A stretch of 64,000 nucleotides of DNA from Gammaproteobacteria bacterium AqS3 (GTDB lineage: Bacteria > Pseudomonadota > Gammaproteobacteria > MEIF01 > AqS3). Location: the NCBI GenBank assembly GCA_001750645.1, contig MEIF01000005.1:11776-75775 (forward strand). The letters are read 5' to 3'. The translations under genes and the position numbers were made by a program. Below the pieces are notes generated by a model that worked only from the letters and a program-made list of their open reading frames with translations, had not been told where the DNA came from and did no database searches. Each line of letters begins with the position of its first letter. The stretch's first letter is position 1. This document shows positions 17,241-29,061 of the stretch, one piece after another.

Positions 17241-19667
17241 ATGCCGCAATACTGCCTAGATATAATCCCGCCCCAGCCGAGCCATAAAACGGGACTCGTG
17301 AACGATTTCGCTCACCTGCCCAAAGAGGTTCAAGACCTCGTCCAGATCGCTCTCAGGAGCGAAAAAACGGCGTCGCTCAGGGCCGCAATCAGCGGTATTG
17401 AGGACGAAACCGCGCTGCTGCACATCATCGAGGCGTGCAAGAACAAGGACAAGGCCGCCCACAACGCCGCCAAGCGCAAGCTGGAGGAGCTGCGCCAGCA
17501 GGCGGAACACGCCGCGCAGCAGGTTCGGGACGCCGAGGCGCTGTGCGCGGTGATGGAGCAGTGCAGCACAGACATTGACGCGCAGGAACGCGCGCATCTG
17601 CTGCTGCTCGCTCAGCAGTACCAGCAGCACCAGGCCGTCATGAGCCCCTCGCAGCAGGAGCGCGCCCAGGCAGCCCTGGCGGTCATCGAGCGGGCTCTGG
17701 AAGAGGACCCCGTCCGCCTGCACGCAGCCGCCCATGCGGAGGTCGTCACCGCCTGCGAAAAGCTCGTCCACCTTGATGCCATCAGCATTGAGGAAGTATT
17801 TGCGATCGATCCGCTGCTGCAAAAGGAGGCCAGGCTGCGCAGCGGTCTGAAATTCCGGCCCGAGCTCGCCCCCACCATGGCCGTCGTCAGCGTGCGCCAA
17901 GCGCTGTCGGCCGCGCGCAAGCTGAGGCAGCAGCTGGGCAATCTGGAGCAGCAGGAGGACGCCGGCGCACTCGAAGAGCTGCTCGAGGGCATCGACTGGC
18001 CCGCCGAGCTGGCGGTGCCCGAGGATCTGAACAAAGCACATGCCCGCCTGGACCGGCTGCGCCACCAGGATCGCAAGGCGCGCGAAGAGGAGCGCACCGC
18101 TCGGAACACGGCGCGCGCGCTGCTGCAAAGCGCCGGCGCTGCGCTGGAAAACGGTGATTTTCGTGCTGCCCGCAGCCACCTGAAGGAAATCGGCGAACAC
18201 ACTGAGATATTGAGACCCTACTGGGTCAGCAGCATTCACCGGGCGCGGGAGCGCATCAGCGCCGAGATTCGCCACCTTGAACGATGGCTCAACGATGTCG
18301 CCCAGCCCCAGAAGCTGGAAATCTGCGACGAGCTGCGCAGTCTCATTGACCAGCCGCTGGATGCGCGCCAGGCCAAGTCGGTATACGCGCGCATGAATGC
18401 CGTCACCGAGGCGCGCCGCCGCTGGAGCGAGATAGACGCCGGCCTGCTCTCAACCGATCAAAAACTCTGGAAGACATTCAATGAACTGTGCGAGGCGGCC
18501 AAAGCCCCGTGCAAGCCGTTTTATGAAAAGCGCGAGCAGCTGCAGCAGCAGAATGCCGGGCAGATGCAGAATATCGTCAAGGATCTGAAGAACGGACTGA
18601 AGCGGCCCCCGGAGGAGCTCAGCCGCCTGCTGCACGGGGTGGGGCAGCGCCTGGATCGCATCAAGCTGCTGCCCGGCAGCAAAAAAGAACGCGAGGGGCT
18701 GCGCAAGGGTGTCCAGCAGGCCGTGTCCGAGGCCGAGGCCGCCCTGGTGCCGCACTACGAGACTTGGCGCAACCGCAAGCGCCGCCTGATCGAGCGCACA
18801 CAGCTGCTGGCGCAGCGCAAGATCGACAAACCCAAAGATCGCATCGCCCAGCTGATGGAGCAGTGGAAGAAAATCCCGCAGCTGCCGCATGAGGAAAACG
18901 AAGCCCTGTGGAATGAGTTTCGCACTGCCTGCGACACCGTGTTTGAGGCTGACCGGAGCGCGCGCGGGCTGATGACCACGGCTGAGCTGCAGAAAAAATC
19001 CCAGGAGCTGCTGGACGAGCTGGAGCAGATTGGTCGCCTGGACGATGCGGCAATGCTGAATCAGGGCAACCGCATGGCCGATCTGGAGCAGCAGTTCGAA
19101 GAATTAAAACGTCCGCCGCGCGAGATTGCCCAGGCATTCCGCAAGCGTCTCAAAGAATTGAACGGCAGGCTGCGCAATCTGAACCGCAGCCAGAAGCGCG
19201 CTCACCTGGACAACGTCCGCAAGTACGCCGATGCCTGTGCTCAGGTCGAGAGCGCCGCCATGTCCTATGGCAAGGAGGCGGCGGAACTCGCCCCTCCGGA
19301 AATGCCCGATGTTCCCAAGCCCTGGCGCGAGCTGGTCGAAACCCGGTCACAGACCTGCAGTAAGCTGCTGGCGGCTCCGTCCGACTGCAACTTCGTCAAG
19401 CTGCTGTCCGAGCACCGCCGCCTGGTGATTGAGCTTGAGATTGCCGCCGAGGTCAGCACCCCGAAAAAGGATGCCGACATGCGCATGAAGATCAAGATGG
19501 AGCTGATGCAGAAGTCCCTGCAGACGCAGCAGTCCCAGCCGCGCAAGACTGCGACCTGGCTGAAGCGCTGGTGCGGTCTGCCCGCCGGCGTCCCCAACGA
19601 AGAGGGCGAAAAACAAATGACGCAGCTCATCAAGCGCTTTGACACCGCCCTGAAGGGGCTGGGCTGA
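17241..19667 (+). CDS. DUF349 repeat protein
   Basis: Repeated helical modules carry the DUF349 signature (LWKTFNELCEAAKAPCKPFYEKR; ALWNEFRTACDTVFEADR). The start is uncertain: ATG 17241, or GTG 17298 downstream of a TATAAT box. The track ORF start at 16776 is antisense to the DksA-like gene and is rejected. Confidence 0.7.
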   Translation: MPQYCLDIIPPQPSHKTGLVNDFAHLPKEVQDLVQIALRSEKTASLRAAISGIEDETALLHIIEACKNKDKAAHNAAKRKLEELRQQAEHAAQQVRDAEALCAVMEQCSTDIDAQERAHLLLLAQQYQQHQAVMSPSQQERAQAALAVIERALEEDPVRLHAAAHAEVVTACEKLVHLDAISIEEVFAIDPLLQKEARLRSGLKFRPELAPTMAVVSVRQALSAARKLRQQLGNLEQQEDAGALEELLEGIDWPAELAVPEDLNKAHARLDRLRHQDRKAREEERTARNTARALLQSAGAALENGDFRAARSHLKEIGEHTEILRPYWVSSIHRARERISAEIRHLERWLNDVAQPQKLEICDELRSLIDQPLDARQAKSVYARMNAVTEARRRWSEIDAGLLSTDQKLWKTFNELCEAAKAPCKPFYEKREQLQQQNAGQMQNIVKDLKNGLKRPPEELSRLLHGVGQRLDRIKLLPGSKKEREGLRKGVQQAVSEAEAALVPHYETWRNRKRRLIERTQLLAQRKIDKPKDRIAQLMEQWKKIPQLPHEENEALWNEFRTACDTVFEADRSARGLMTTAELQKKSQELLDELEQIGRLDDAAMLNQGNRMADLEQQFEELKRPPREIAQAFRKRLKELNGRLRNLNRSQKRAHLDNVRKYADACAQVESAAMSYGKEAAELAPPEMPDVPKPWRELVETRSQTCSKLLAAPSDCNFVKLLSEHRRLVIELEIAAEVSTPKKDADMRMKIKMELMQKSLQTQQSQPRKTATWLKRWCGLPAGVPNEEGEKQMTQLIKRFDTALKGLG
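17261..17273 (+). promoter_or_regulatory. Putative -10 box with GC-rich discriminator (TATAATCCCGCCC)
   Basis: An exact TATAAT followed by CCCGCCC lies 25 nt upstream of the GTG 17298 candidate start of the DUF349 gene. The same 11-13-mer recurs at 24854-24866 (-) and 42907-42920 (+). Confidence 0.35.
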
Positions 19668-19930
19668 TTCGTCGGTTTTTGGGTCTCGCTCGGCGGGCGA
19701 GAGCGCAGTGTTTGGAAAACGCTGTCGTTTTATGCGGGCGGTTTGACCCTGTCCGAGCCTGGAGAGACTTAAGAATTCTGCACCGTCAGCCCACCTGAGC
19801 CACGTTGCGTCCCATCTACTCCAGGGATGCGAGAGAAATAATGCAGAGCCCGACGGTGGCTGACCAGAATAGGTCACATAAAGTCCTTTCTGATCTCTCG
19901 AATATCATCTTTGATCTCTGTTTTTTGGGA

Positions 19931-19951
19931 CTTGCATACCCTAATGCACAA
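19931..19951. repeat. Left arm of a 21-bp inverted repeat
   Basis: CTTGCATACCCTAATGCACAA. Its reverse complement matches 20466-20486 at 20 of 21 positions by manual count. Confidence 0.85.
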
Positions 19952-19981
19952 GTCATCCCTGCGCGACTTTATGGGGTTGAG

Positions 19982-20239
19982 TTAAAACTTGCTTTTCTCA
20001 TACAGCCATTTGATTGCCGCCTTCTTAGATTTCTCTCTGTCAGCGCGTGCATCACTGTCTGTAGCATCCAGAAACATATCGCTGGATATTTGCTGTTTCC
20101 CATCTTCGTCCTCCCAAGTTGCCCAGACAACCCAGCCGCCGATGTACTTGACGCGCTCCATCTTTCCGCGCATCGTTGCATGGTCGACAGTCGCCTTCAC
20201 ATCAAAGACAGTTCCCTTATTGTTTCCAATCAGAATCAT
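19982..20239 (-). CDS. Hypothetical small protein (85 aa)
   Basis: MILIGNNKGTVFDVKATVDHATMRGKMERVKYIGGWVVWATWEDEDGKQ... is preceded by AGGAGAGG. It lies inside the inverted-repeat-bracketed cassette. I recognise no family. Confidence 0.4.
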   Translation of the reverse strand: MILIGNNKGTVFDVKATVDHATMRGKMERVKYIGGWVVWATWEDEDGKQQISSDMFLDATDSDARADREKSKKAAIKWLYEKSKF

Positions 20240-20240
20240 T

Positions 20241-20465
20241 TCAATTACCTCTCCTAAAAGCGAACGCACAGGCGGTTGACACCTGTGCCAGTGCTGATGA
20301 ATATGCTGAATGCTTGCTTGCCAGCCTGTTGCGGTCAAGATTAATCGTGACGTTGTTGTGGCGCCCAATGGCATAACGCTCCTGTAGCCACCCAATGTCA
20401 TAGTGCTTCTCGTGAAATTTGCTCCCTTGGCAAACAAAGATACCCCATCCAATCAAATCCTTCAT
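20241..20465 (-). CDS. Hypothetical small protein (74 aa)
   Basis: MKDLIGWGIFVCQGSKFHEKHYDIGWLQERYAIGRH... starts directly next to the right repeat arm and ends 1 nt before the start of the 85-aa gene. The call is weak because an overlapping alternative frame exists. Confidence 0.3.
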   Translation of the reverse strand: MKDLIGWGIFVCQGSKFHEKHYDIGWLQERYAIGRHNNVTINLDRNRLASKHSAYSSALAQVSTACAFAFRRGN

Positions 20466-20486
20466 TTGTGCATTAGGGTATGTAAG
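20466..20486. repeat. Right arm of a 21-bp inverted repeat
   Basis: TTGTGCATTAGGGTATGTAAG, the partner of 19931-19951. Confidence 0.85.
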
Positions 20487-20949
20487 TGCCCTTTTTTTAA
20501 TTCCGTATACATAGCCTTGTTAATTGTGCTTTAAGCAAGCCAGGGTGAAAAGGTCGACAGCAGAGGAAAACATCAAGCCAAACTGCTGGTCAACAGATTT
20601 ATCATCATGAAATCTGCCAAGCCATAAACAGACTCATTGCAACAGCAGCTCAGAGGGCTTCTGTGCATGCCAGCAGAGCATTGGAGTAATTTAGCTGCTG
20701 TGTACTCTGTGTCTTGATTTTTATGAGTTTTGTTCATGACTTGGTAAATTGGGAGGGATCGCGAGAGGTTAAAAAATCGAAGGTTTGTCTGAAATTTCCA
20801 AATTTAATTTCTCATTGCCTGACTGTGTTAACCAACTGTGTATCAAACGAAAACCTAATTGCATCAAACTTCCAAGGCATTCAACAGCACACCAACCGGC
20901 ACTATGCAATCCACTACACATACGTAGAGCCGGAGTCATCATCAACCAA

Positions 20950-23900
20950 CTAGTCGATGTAGTGCTGCAGCGAAACATGCCAGCGCTGGCTGCCCCACAT
21001 GCGGTAGGACGGATCAAAGTCATTGGCGTATGCTTCGGGGAAGTAAGGTGGATCTTGATCCAATAGGTTTTCAACACCAAAAAGGAAAGTCGTATTAATT
21101 CGATCCCAGTTATAACGCACATTGGTATCCCAGTAGTAGGTCGCATCTAGAAGCCGATCATCATTTGGGTCACCACCTCTAATACCGTTAGCCCCCAGAA
21201 ACAGCACGGAGTGAATGTAGTTGAACTCATTAACCCAACTCCAGAGGCCGTCCTCACTTTCAAAGCGCGTGTATAAGCGTCCCTTCACACGAGGATTTGA
21301 AGATCTACTCGCTCCATTAATTAATCCAGTAAAAGATACAGAATTACCGGAGCCGGTGACAGAGGAAATGTTTTCAACGTAAGTAGCATCACCAGAAATA
21401 CGCCATTGGTCATTGATGTCGTAGACAATAGCGATATCATAGCCATTGGTGTTAACTTCGGAAAAGTTAGTGTAAACATCAATGAGGTCAGAAACAGAAC
21501 CACTAGGCGAACGCTCAATCAAATTGCATAGTTCGGGAGAATAGAAAGCACCACCGGGTTTGTAGCATCTATCCAAAATGGCCTGCGGTCCGTATGTTCC
21601 AATTGCATCAGTAATCTTAATTTCCCAGAAATCAATTGTGATGAACATTGAGTCCGTAGGCTCAATGATTACGCCATAAGAAAAAGTTTCAGATTTTTCC
21701 GCCTGCAGATTACGATTGCCGCCTACCGTGATGCGGATTTGATCATTGCGCTGATCAAAACCCACCGGAACTGGGTTGTGATCCCTGTCCAAGATTTTGG
21801 CTGCAGCACATTGAGAAAAGTCGCCAGCAAGATTGTCATTAACATTACCGGCAACGGTGGCGGCACAAGGGTCAAACACTTCTGGGTATGAATCAGAAAA
21901 ACCTAAGTACTGCTCATTGATAGTCGGGGCACGAAAGCCGGACCCCTGTGTCACGCGAATCTTGAACATGTCATTGATTTCCCAGCCCACTGCAATTTTG
22001 TCAGTTGTGACTGTGCCAAAGGTGGAGAAATCTGAACTGCGAGCTGATATGGAAGCATCTAGCAATTGAACACCAGGGAGGCCGGCAACTATTGGAATCT
22101 TGGCTTCAACGTAATACTCGGTGACATCATAACCCCCGCTTGTGGGCAACCTCGCATTGCCCGAGGTAATGCCAGCAGCAATCAGTGCATCGGGCTGATC
22201 ATTGCCGTAGGTATCCCTCATCTCAAAACCGGCTGCGATGCCTAAAGGACCTGCCGGCAGATCAACAACGCTGCCAGCAACGTTTGCTGTGATCAATTTT
22301 TGGGTATTCGTGCCAGAATCCTGTGCAGTGAAGGAAATATAGTTCAGCATCTCATTAGTCATCGATCCTGAACCACCCCACAGACCATTGCCCAGATATT
22401 GAGCATTGGTGCCCTGACCACCGAAGATGTTGAGTGAATAACAACCTCCACTGCTGTCTGCGCATTTAATGTTGCCATTGTCATCCAAGACAAAACGATC
22501 TGTGGCCGCAATTGCATTGTTTCCGGTCAAGTTGTTCGCACTGTTGTAAGCGGTGGCTTCATCAGCAGTGACCTTATTGTCGTTATCTGTATCTGCGGCT
22601 TTCACACCACTCCATTCAGAATTCTCAGCACTGGGGCCAAGTGCCTGGGCAATACGGGCGGTATTGAACAAGCCCTCGGTACGAATGTATGCCTGCACTT
22701 GAGACCAAGACCAGTCAACATCATATTTCCATTCAAAAGTCCCGACATCAAAAGTTCCTTCTGCCCCAGCTTGAACATGAAATGTCTCAATATCCTGTAG
22801 GAAGTTACGTGGACCATACTCCAGCATGCGACGGCCAAACCAGCCGGTAGCGTATCCCGGCTTGGGAACATTATCATTCGAGTAGATCACATTCCCATCT
22901 TTATCCTTCTTGGCAACATCTTGGGCGATAAATTGCTGAAAGATATCAGTATTCTCAGCTATGGGGTTGGCGGAAACGGTAAAAGCTCGCCCCGTAGGAT
23001 CACTGGGATCAAGGGTAACTGCATAAAGCTTAATCGTCCCATCAGCTTCTCTTTGGGTCACGTATTTCACGACACCATCTTTGTCCAAATAACTGTCCGG
23101 ATAGCGAGAACATACAGTCGGGCTTTTATTTTTGCCGATAGGCTTTCCATTAGCAGCGCATTTGTCGTTGGCTGCAATCGGATACAAAGGAAGCTCCCGA
23201 TTACCGTTTCTATCCACTGCGTAGAGATAATTCACTTGCACATCTTCTTCTTCCCCAATGGTGAACTCGTCACCCTCCTTATAGAAATCGGGAACGGGCT
23301 TATGGACACCGTTGGCTGTGTAGTAATAGTGAGCTTTCTGCGTACAAGATTCTTTGCTGCCATACGACGAACTCCCGTAGAGATCACAGAATTCAATCCG
23401 CATGCTGTTAAAGGCATTGGATGCGCTGATCCCCTCGCCGCGATTGAATCCCCAGAACAGCGGTGTCGGTGCCAGCAACTGATCTGAACGCCTGTTTTGG
23501 TAGAGCATCTTGAAGGTGGCGGAGTGATTGTCATTAATCTCAAAATTGCCGCGCATGAATACCGAGCGACGTTCATTGGGGGTAATGACGTAGTTATATG
23601 GGTTGTAGTTAAACGCCCAGCCATTGGCACCCCCATGCCAAGATGTAAAGTCCTCCGCCCTAGTACCGCTCAGTGCATTTGGATTGTTGCCATCATCTCT
23701 CGGCGTGAAGCCAACAGCACCGGTGGCACCCCTGTTTTCAGGCGATAAGGGCAAATTTGCGAAATTACCATACTGAACCGTTACTAAGTTGCTGACATCT
23801 GCTGGATTAAAACTGCCGCTGCCGTTGAATTTGGCCAGATATTGAGCCCCGCCCCAAAGACCGGGTGTCTTGCCGTACTCCGTTCCAAGCGGATTGCTAT

Positions 23901-24735
23901 TCCGCTGCTTGATAAAGTCCGCACTCAAAAAATTGTCGTTATCAACATAGTTGGGATTATCAGCAAAATTTGGCCACGCCAAATTGCCATAAGCAAAGCG
24001 CCCCTGCGGAGTGCCTGAGGAACCGCCGCTAGAGGGGCGAACTGAAGTTTCTTCCCGCTCCCAGTTGCCAACAGCCAGTTTGTTGACCCAAGTCAAGCCA
24101 ACAGTAATGTTGCCGCGTTCGCCATCAATACCGAACAATGCCTCGACTTTCTTGCTCTCACCACCGCCTGCTTCAAATGCACCTTGCGAAACAGAGAACA
24201 GTGCTCCGTCAAAATTCTTCCGGGTGACAATATTTACCACAGCGGCGACAGCGTCTGCACCATAGATGGAGGAGGCTCCGTCCTTCAACACTTCAATCCT
24301 CTCCACAGCCCCAAGTGGAATGGTGTTGATATCAACAGTTCCGTCCGCCCCTTCGCCACCAGCTACCCAGCGACGACCATCAACCAATATCAATGTGCGT
24401 GCCGTCCCAAGATTGCGAAAATCAAGCCGGGTTGAGCCATCACCGCCATTGTTATAGGTTAGGTTGATAGCGGAGCCAGCACCGGGCAGTTCTTGAAGCA
24501 GTGCGCCGAGGTCAGTTAACCCCGAACGGGCAATCTCTTCCGCTGTGACGATCTGCACGGGCGATGTGCCATCTTTGGGTGTTGACACTGGAATTCGAGA
24601 GCCGACCACAACAATCTGCTCAATTTCTTCTTGCATTCCTGCATCATCGTCCTGTGCGACGACAGGCAGTGCCGCAAACCCCAGCAGCCCTGCCATCAGA
24701 ATGGAAACCCATCTCTGCAGTTGATCCAGTTTCAT
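20950..24735 (-). CDS. TonB-dependent outer-membrane receptor, unusually long (1261 aa)
   Basis: Signal peptide MKLDQLQRWVSILMAGLLGFAALPVVA and a TonB-box-like EQIVVVGSR. Plug-domain blocks are VQIVTAEEIARSGLTDLGALL, RNLGTARTLILVDGRR and ERIEVLKDGASSIYGADAVAAVVNI. A long beta-barrel region follows. GGGAGGG lies 6 nt upstream of ATG 24735. Confidence 0.9.
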   Translation of the reverse strand: MKLDQLQRWVSILMAGLLGFAALPVVAQDDDAGMQEEIEQIVVVGSRIPVSTPKDGTSPVQIVTAEEIARSGLTDLGALLQELPGAGSAINLTYNNGGDGSTRLDFRNLGTARTLILVDGRRWVAGGEGADGTVDINTIPLGAVERIEVLKDGASSIYGADAVAAVVNIVTRKNFDGALFSVSQGAFEAGGGESKKVEALFGIDGERGNITVGLTWVNKLAVGNWEREETSVRPSSGGSSGTPQGRFAYGNLAWPNFADNPNYVDNDNFLSADFIKQRNSNPLGTEYGKTPGLWGGAQYLAKFNGSGSFNPADVSNLVTVQYGNFANLPLSPENRGATGAVGFTPRDDGNNPNALSGTRAEDFTSWHGGANGWAFNYNPYNYVITPNERRSVFMRGNFEINDNHSATFKMLYQNRRSDQLLAPTPLFWGFNRGEGISASNAFNSMRIEFCDLYGSSSYGSKESCTQKAHYYYTANGVHKPVPDFYKEGDEFTIGEEEDVQVNYLYAVDRNGNRELPLYPIAANDKCAANGKPIGKNKSPTVCSRYPDSYLDKDGVVKYVTQREADGTIKLYAVTLDPSDPTGRAFTVSANPIAENTDIFQQFIAQDVAKKDKDGNVIYSNDNVPKPGYATGWFGRRMLEYGPRNFLQDIETFHVQAGAEGTFDVGTFEWKYDVDWSWSQVQAYIRTEGLFNTARIAQALGPSAENSEWSGVKAADTDNDNKVTADEATAYNSANNLTGNNAIAATDRFVLDDNGNIKCADSSGGCYSLNIFGGQGTNAQYLGNGLWGGSGSMTNEMLNYISFTAQDSGTNTQKLITANVAGSVVDLPAGPLGIAAGFEMRDTYGNDQPDALIAAGITSGNARLPTSGGYDVTEYYVEAKIPIVAGLPGVQLLDASISARSSDFSTFGTVTTDKIAVGWEINDMFKIRVTQGSGFRAPTINEQYLGFSDSYPEVFDPCAATVAGNVNDNLAGDFSQCAAAKILDRDHNPVPVGFDQRNDQIRITVGGNRNLQAEKSETFSYGVIIEPTDSMFITIDFWEIKITDAIGTYGPQAILDRCYKPGGAFYSPELCNLIERSPSGSVSDLIDVYTNFSEVNTNGYDIAIVYDINDQWRISGDATYVENISSVTGSGNSVSFTGLINGASRSSNPRVKGRLYTRFESEDGLWSWVNEFNYIHSVLFLGANGIRGGDPNDDRLLDATYYWDTNVRYNWDRINTTFLFGVENLLDQDPPYFPEAYANDFDPSYRMWGSQRWHVSLQHYID

Positions 24736-24832
24736 AGTTAACCCTCCCACTCCGCATATCCGTTGCCAGTGCGGATTGATGTACCCAATTGCCCAACTAT
24801 TTAGGCAAACTGCCGGCCTAGATTAATTTCCC

Positions 24833-25348
24833 TTGTTTTCTAGCTGGCGAAGCGGGCGGGATTATAGCCGAAAAGCAACCCGTATTTACGCAACTTGGTA
24901 TCGACTGAGCACATTTCGCACACCGCCATTCTCTTGTTTTGAGCGCCCGATTGAAGCCGGCTGCATGGATGTAAGGCAATGTGCCGGATCTGACCCCCCT
25001 TACACCCTGATTCGGCCCGTCAATCTGGAACCCTCTGCAGTGCATCTCCCCTATCCAGTCTCACTTGGAGCCACTGAAATCAGTGGGCAGGACGCTCTCA
25101 GGCAAGAGCTCAAAGAGAGCGTGAATGAGCTCAAGAGCTGGATCAGATGGGGTTTGGGAATCATCATTGTCGTATCAGGCGGGGCACTTGCCTTCTGCTG
25201 CTTTCTGTTCCAGGCCATGGTTGAACAGGTGCTGCGCATCACCGAAGACAGCCAGTCAGTCGAAGGAGCGGCGGGTCAACCGTCTGTCGTCCTGTCCCAA
25301 ACCAGTTTGACTCCGCCCTTCGATTCTTCTGAGCTGTCTCATTGGTGA
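24833..25348 (+). CDS. Hypothetical protein, possibly a shorter single-pass membrane protein (weak call)
   Basis: The C-terminal half has a coiled-coil-like stretch (DALRQELKESVNELKSWIRW) followed by one TM helix (GLGIIIVVSGGALAFCCFLF). The real start may be the internal GTG at 25040. Confidence 0.25.
   Translation: MFSSWRSGRDYSRKATRIYATWYRLSTFRTPPFSCFERPIEAGCMDVRQCAGSDPPYTLIRPVNLEPSAVHLPYPVSLGATEISGQDALRQELKESVNELKSWIRWGLGIIIVVSGGALAFCCFLFQAMVEQVLRITEDSQSVEGAAGQPSVVLSQTSLTPPFDSSELSHW
24854..24866 (-). promoter_or_regulatory. Putative -10 box with GC-rich discriminator (TATAATCCCGCCC) upstream of the TonB-dependent receptor
   Basis: The minus strand reads GGCTATAATCCCGCCCGC, 119 nt upstream of the receptor ATG. 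Confidence 0.35.
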
Positions 25349-25568
25349 GCGTGCAGGGGCTTCCCATCGGCTGAATGGGTTGGGACACATGGGTGCATCA
25401 AGCATCACAACCTGAAGGAAGCATGTGCGAAAGGGGAGAATCAGCTGCAGCGGCGGCAGTGGGGCAAGTTGTCCATCTGCCCTCCCCGCCAAGCGGCAAG
25501 CTGCCAATCCCTGAAAGAGCCCGGCAACCGCATCCATTTGACGGGGCAACCGCCATCACACAGAGAAC

Positions 25569-28481
<2,913 letters not shown>

Positions 28482-28553
28482 TCGGCGAGGGCGCAGCGGC
28501 GGCGGCGCATTCTACCCGCCGCCCCGATGCCCCCGAGCGGCAAAACCTGCAGG

Positions 28554-28973
28554 TTACTGCTGCTGAGCCTTGGCCATGTCAGCGGAGAAATATTCGGTGA
28601 CATTGCACGCGCGCTCGTAGCTTCCCAAGACCCCTTTGAAGCCCGCTCGCATGGCTCTCTTTCTTCCGATGGCGTCGCCCATCAATTCAAAATCCGGAAC
28701 TTTGAATTCACAGCCATTGAGCAAGCTGATGAGACCGCCCCACTGAGGCGGTTTGTCAATATGCGCCAGTTCGTGGGCGATGACATGAAAGTAAAACCCG
28801 GGCTTCTTCCCGCCCTCGAACAGATCGGCATTGGCCTGCCAGATCTTCTGATAGATCTGCTCGGTGCGCTGCTTCACAGAGGACTTGGAGGGTTTGTAAG
28901 ATTCAGAAGCTGTGCTCACCCCAGAACCTAGCGCCAACAACAGAATGGTTGCAACGATTGTTCTGACCATCAT
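28554..28973 (-). CDS. Small exported HExxH protein, paralogue 1 (shortest copy)
   Basis: Signal peptide MMVRTIVATILLLALGSGVSTA. Shared blocks are KIWQANADLF, HVIAHELAH, CEFKVPDFELMGDAIGRKRAMRAGF and GSYERAC. The start is set at 28973 (GGGGGAGG upstream). The track ORF start at 29147 would overlap paralogue 2. Confidence 0.7.
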   Translation of the reverse strand: MMVRTIVATILLLALGSGVSTASESYKPSKSSVKQRTEQIYQKIWQANADLFEGGKKPGFYFHVIAHELAHIDKPPQWGGLISLLNGCEFKVPDFELMGDAIGRKRAMRAGFKGVLGSYERACNVTEYFSADMAKAQQQ

Positions 28974-29061
28974 TCGCCTCCCCCATCTCAAGCCGCTCAC
29001 TCTTTTGACGATGAGATGCCATCCATCACCCCGGAAGTTTGCCGCTTCCGGGACTTTCAGA

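Noticed and set aside
24736-24853. Riboswitch (cobalamin or other) in the 119-nt leader of the TonB-dependent receptor.
   Set aside because: I could find only a weak 5-bp hairpin (CCGCA...TGCGG). I saw no B12-box-like GCCACTG core or other recognisable aptamer, and the leader is shorter than typical cobalamin riboswitches. An Infernal/Rfam scan is needed to be sure.
28482-28553. Glycine riboswitch expected upstream of a glycine-cleavage gene (gcvP).
   Set aside because: The intergenic region is only 72 nt and shows just a TAGAAT-like box. It is too short and lacks the tandem aptamer conserved cores I would expect.
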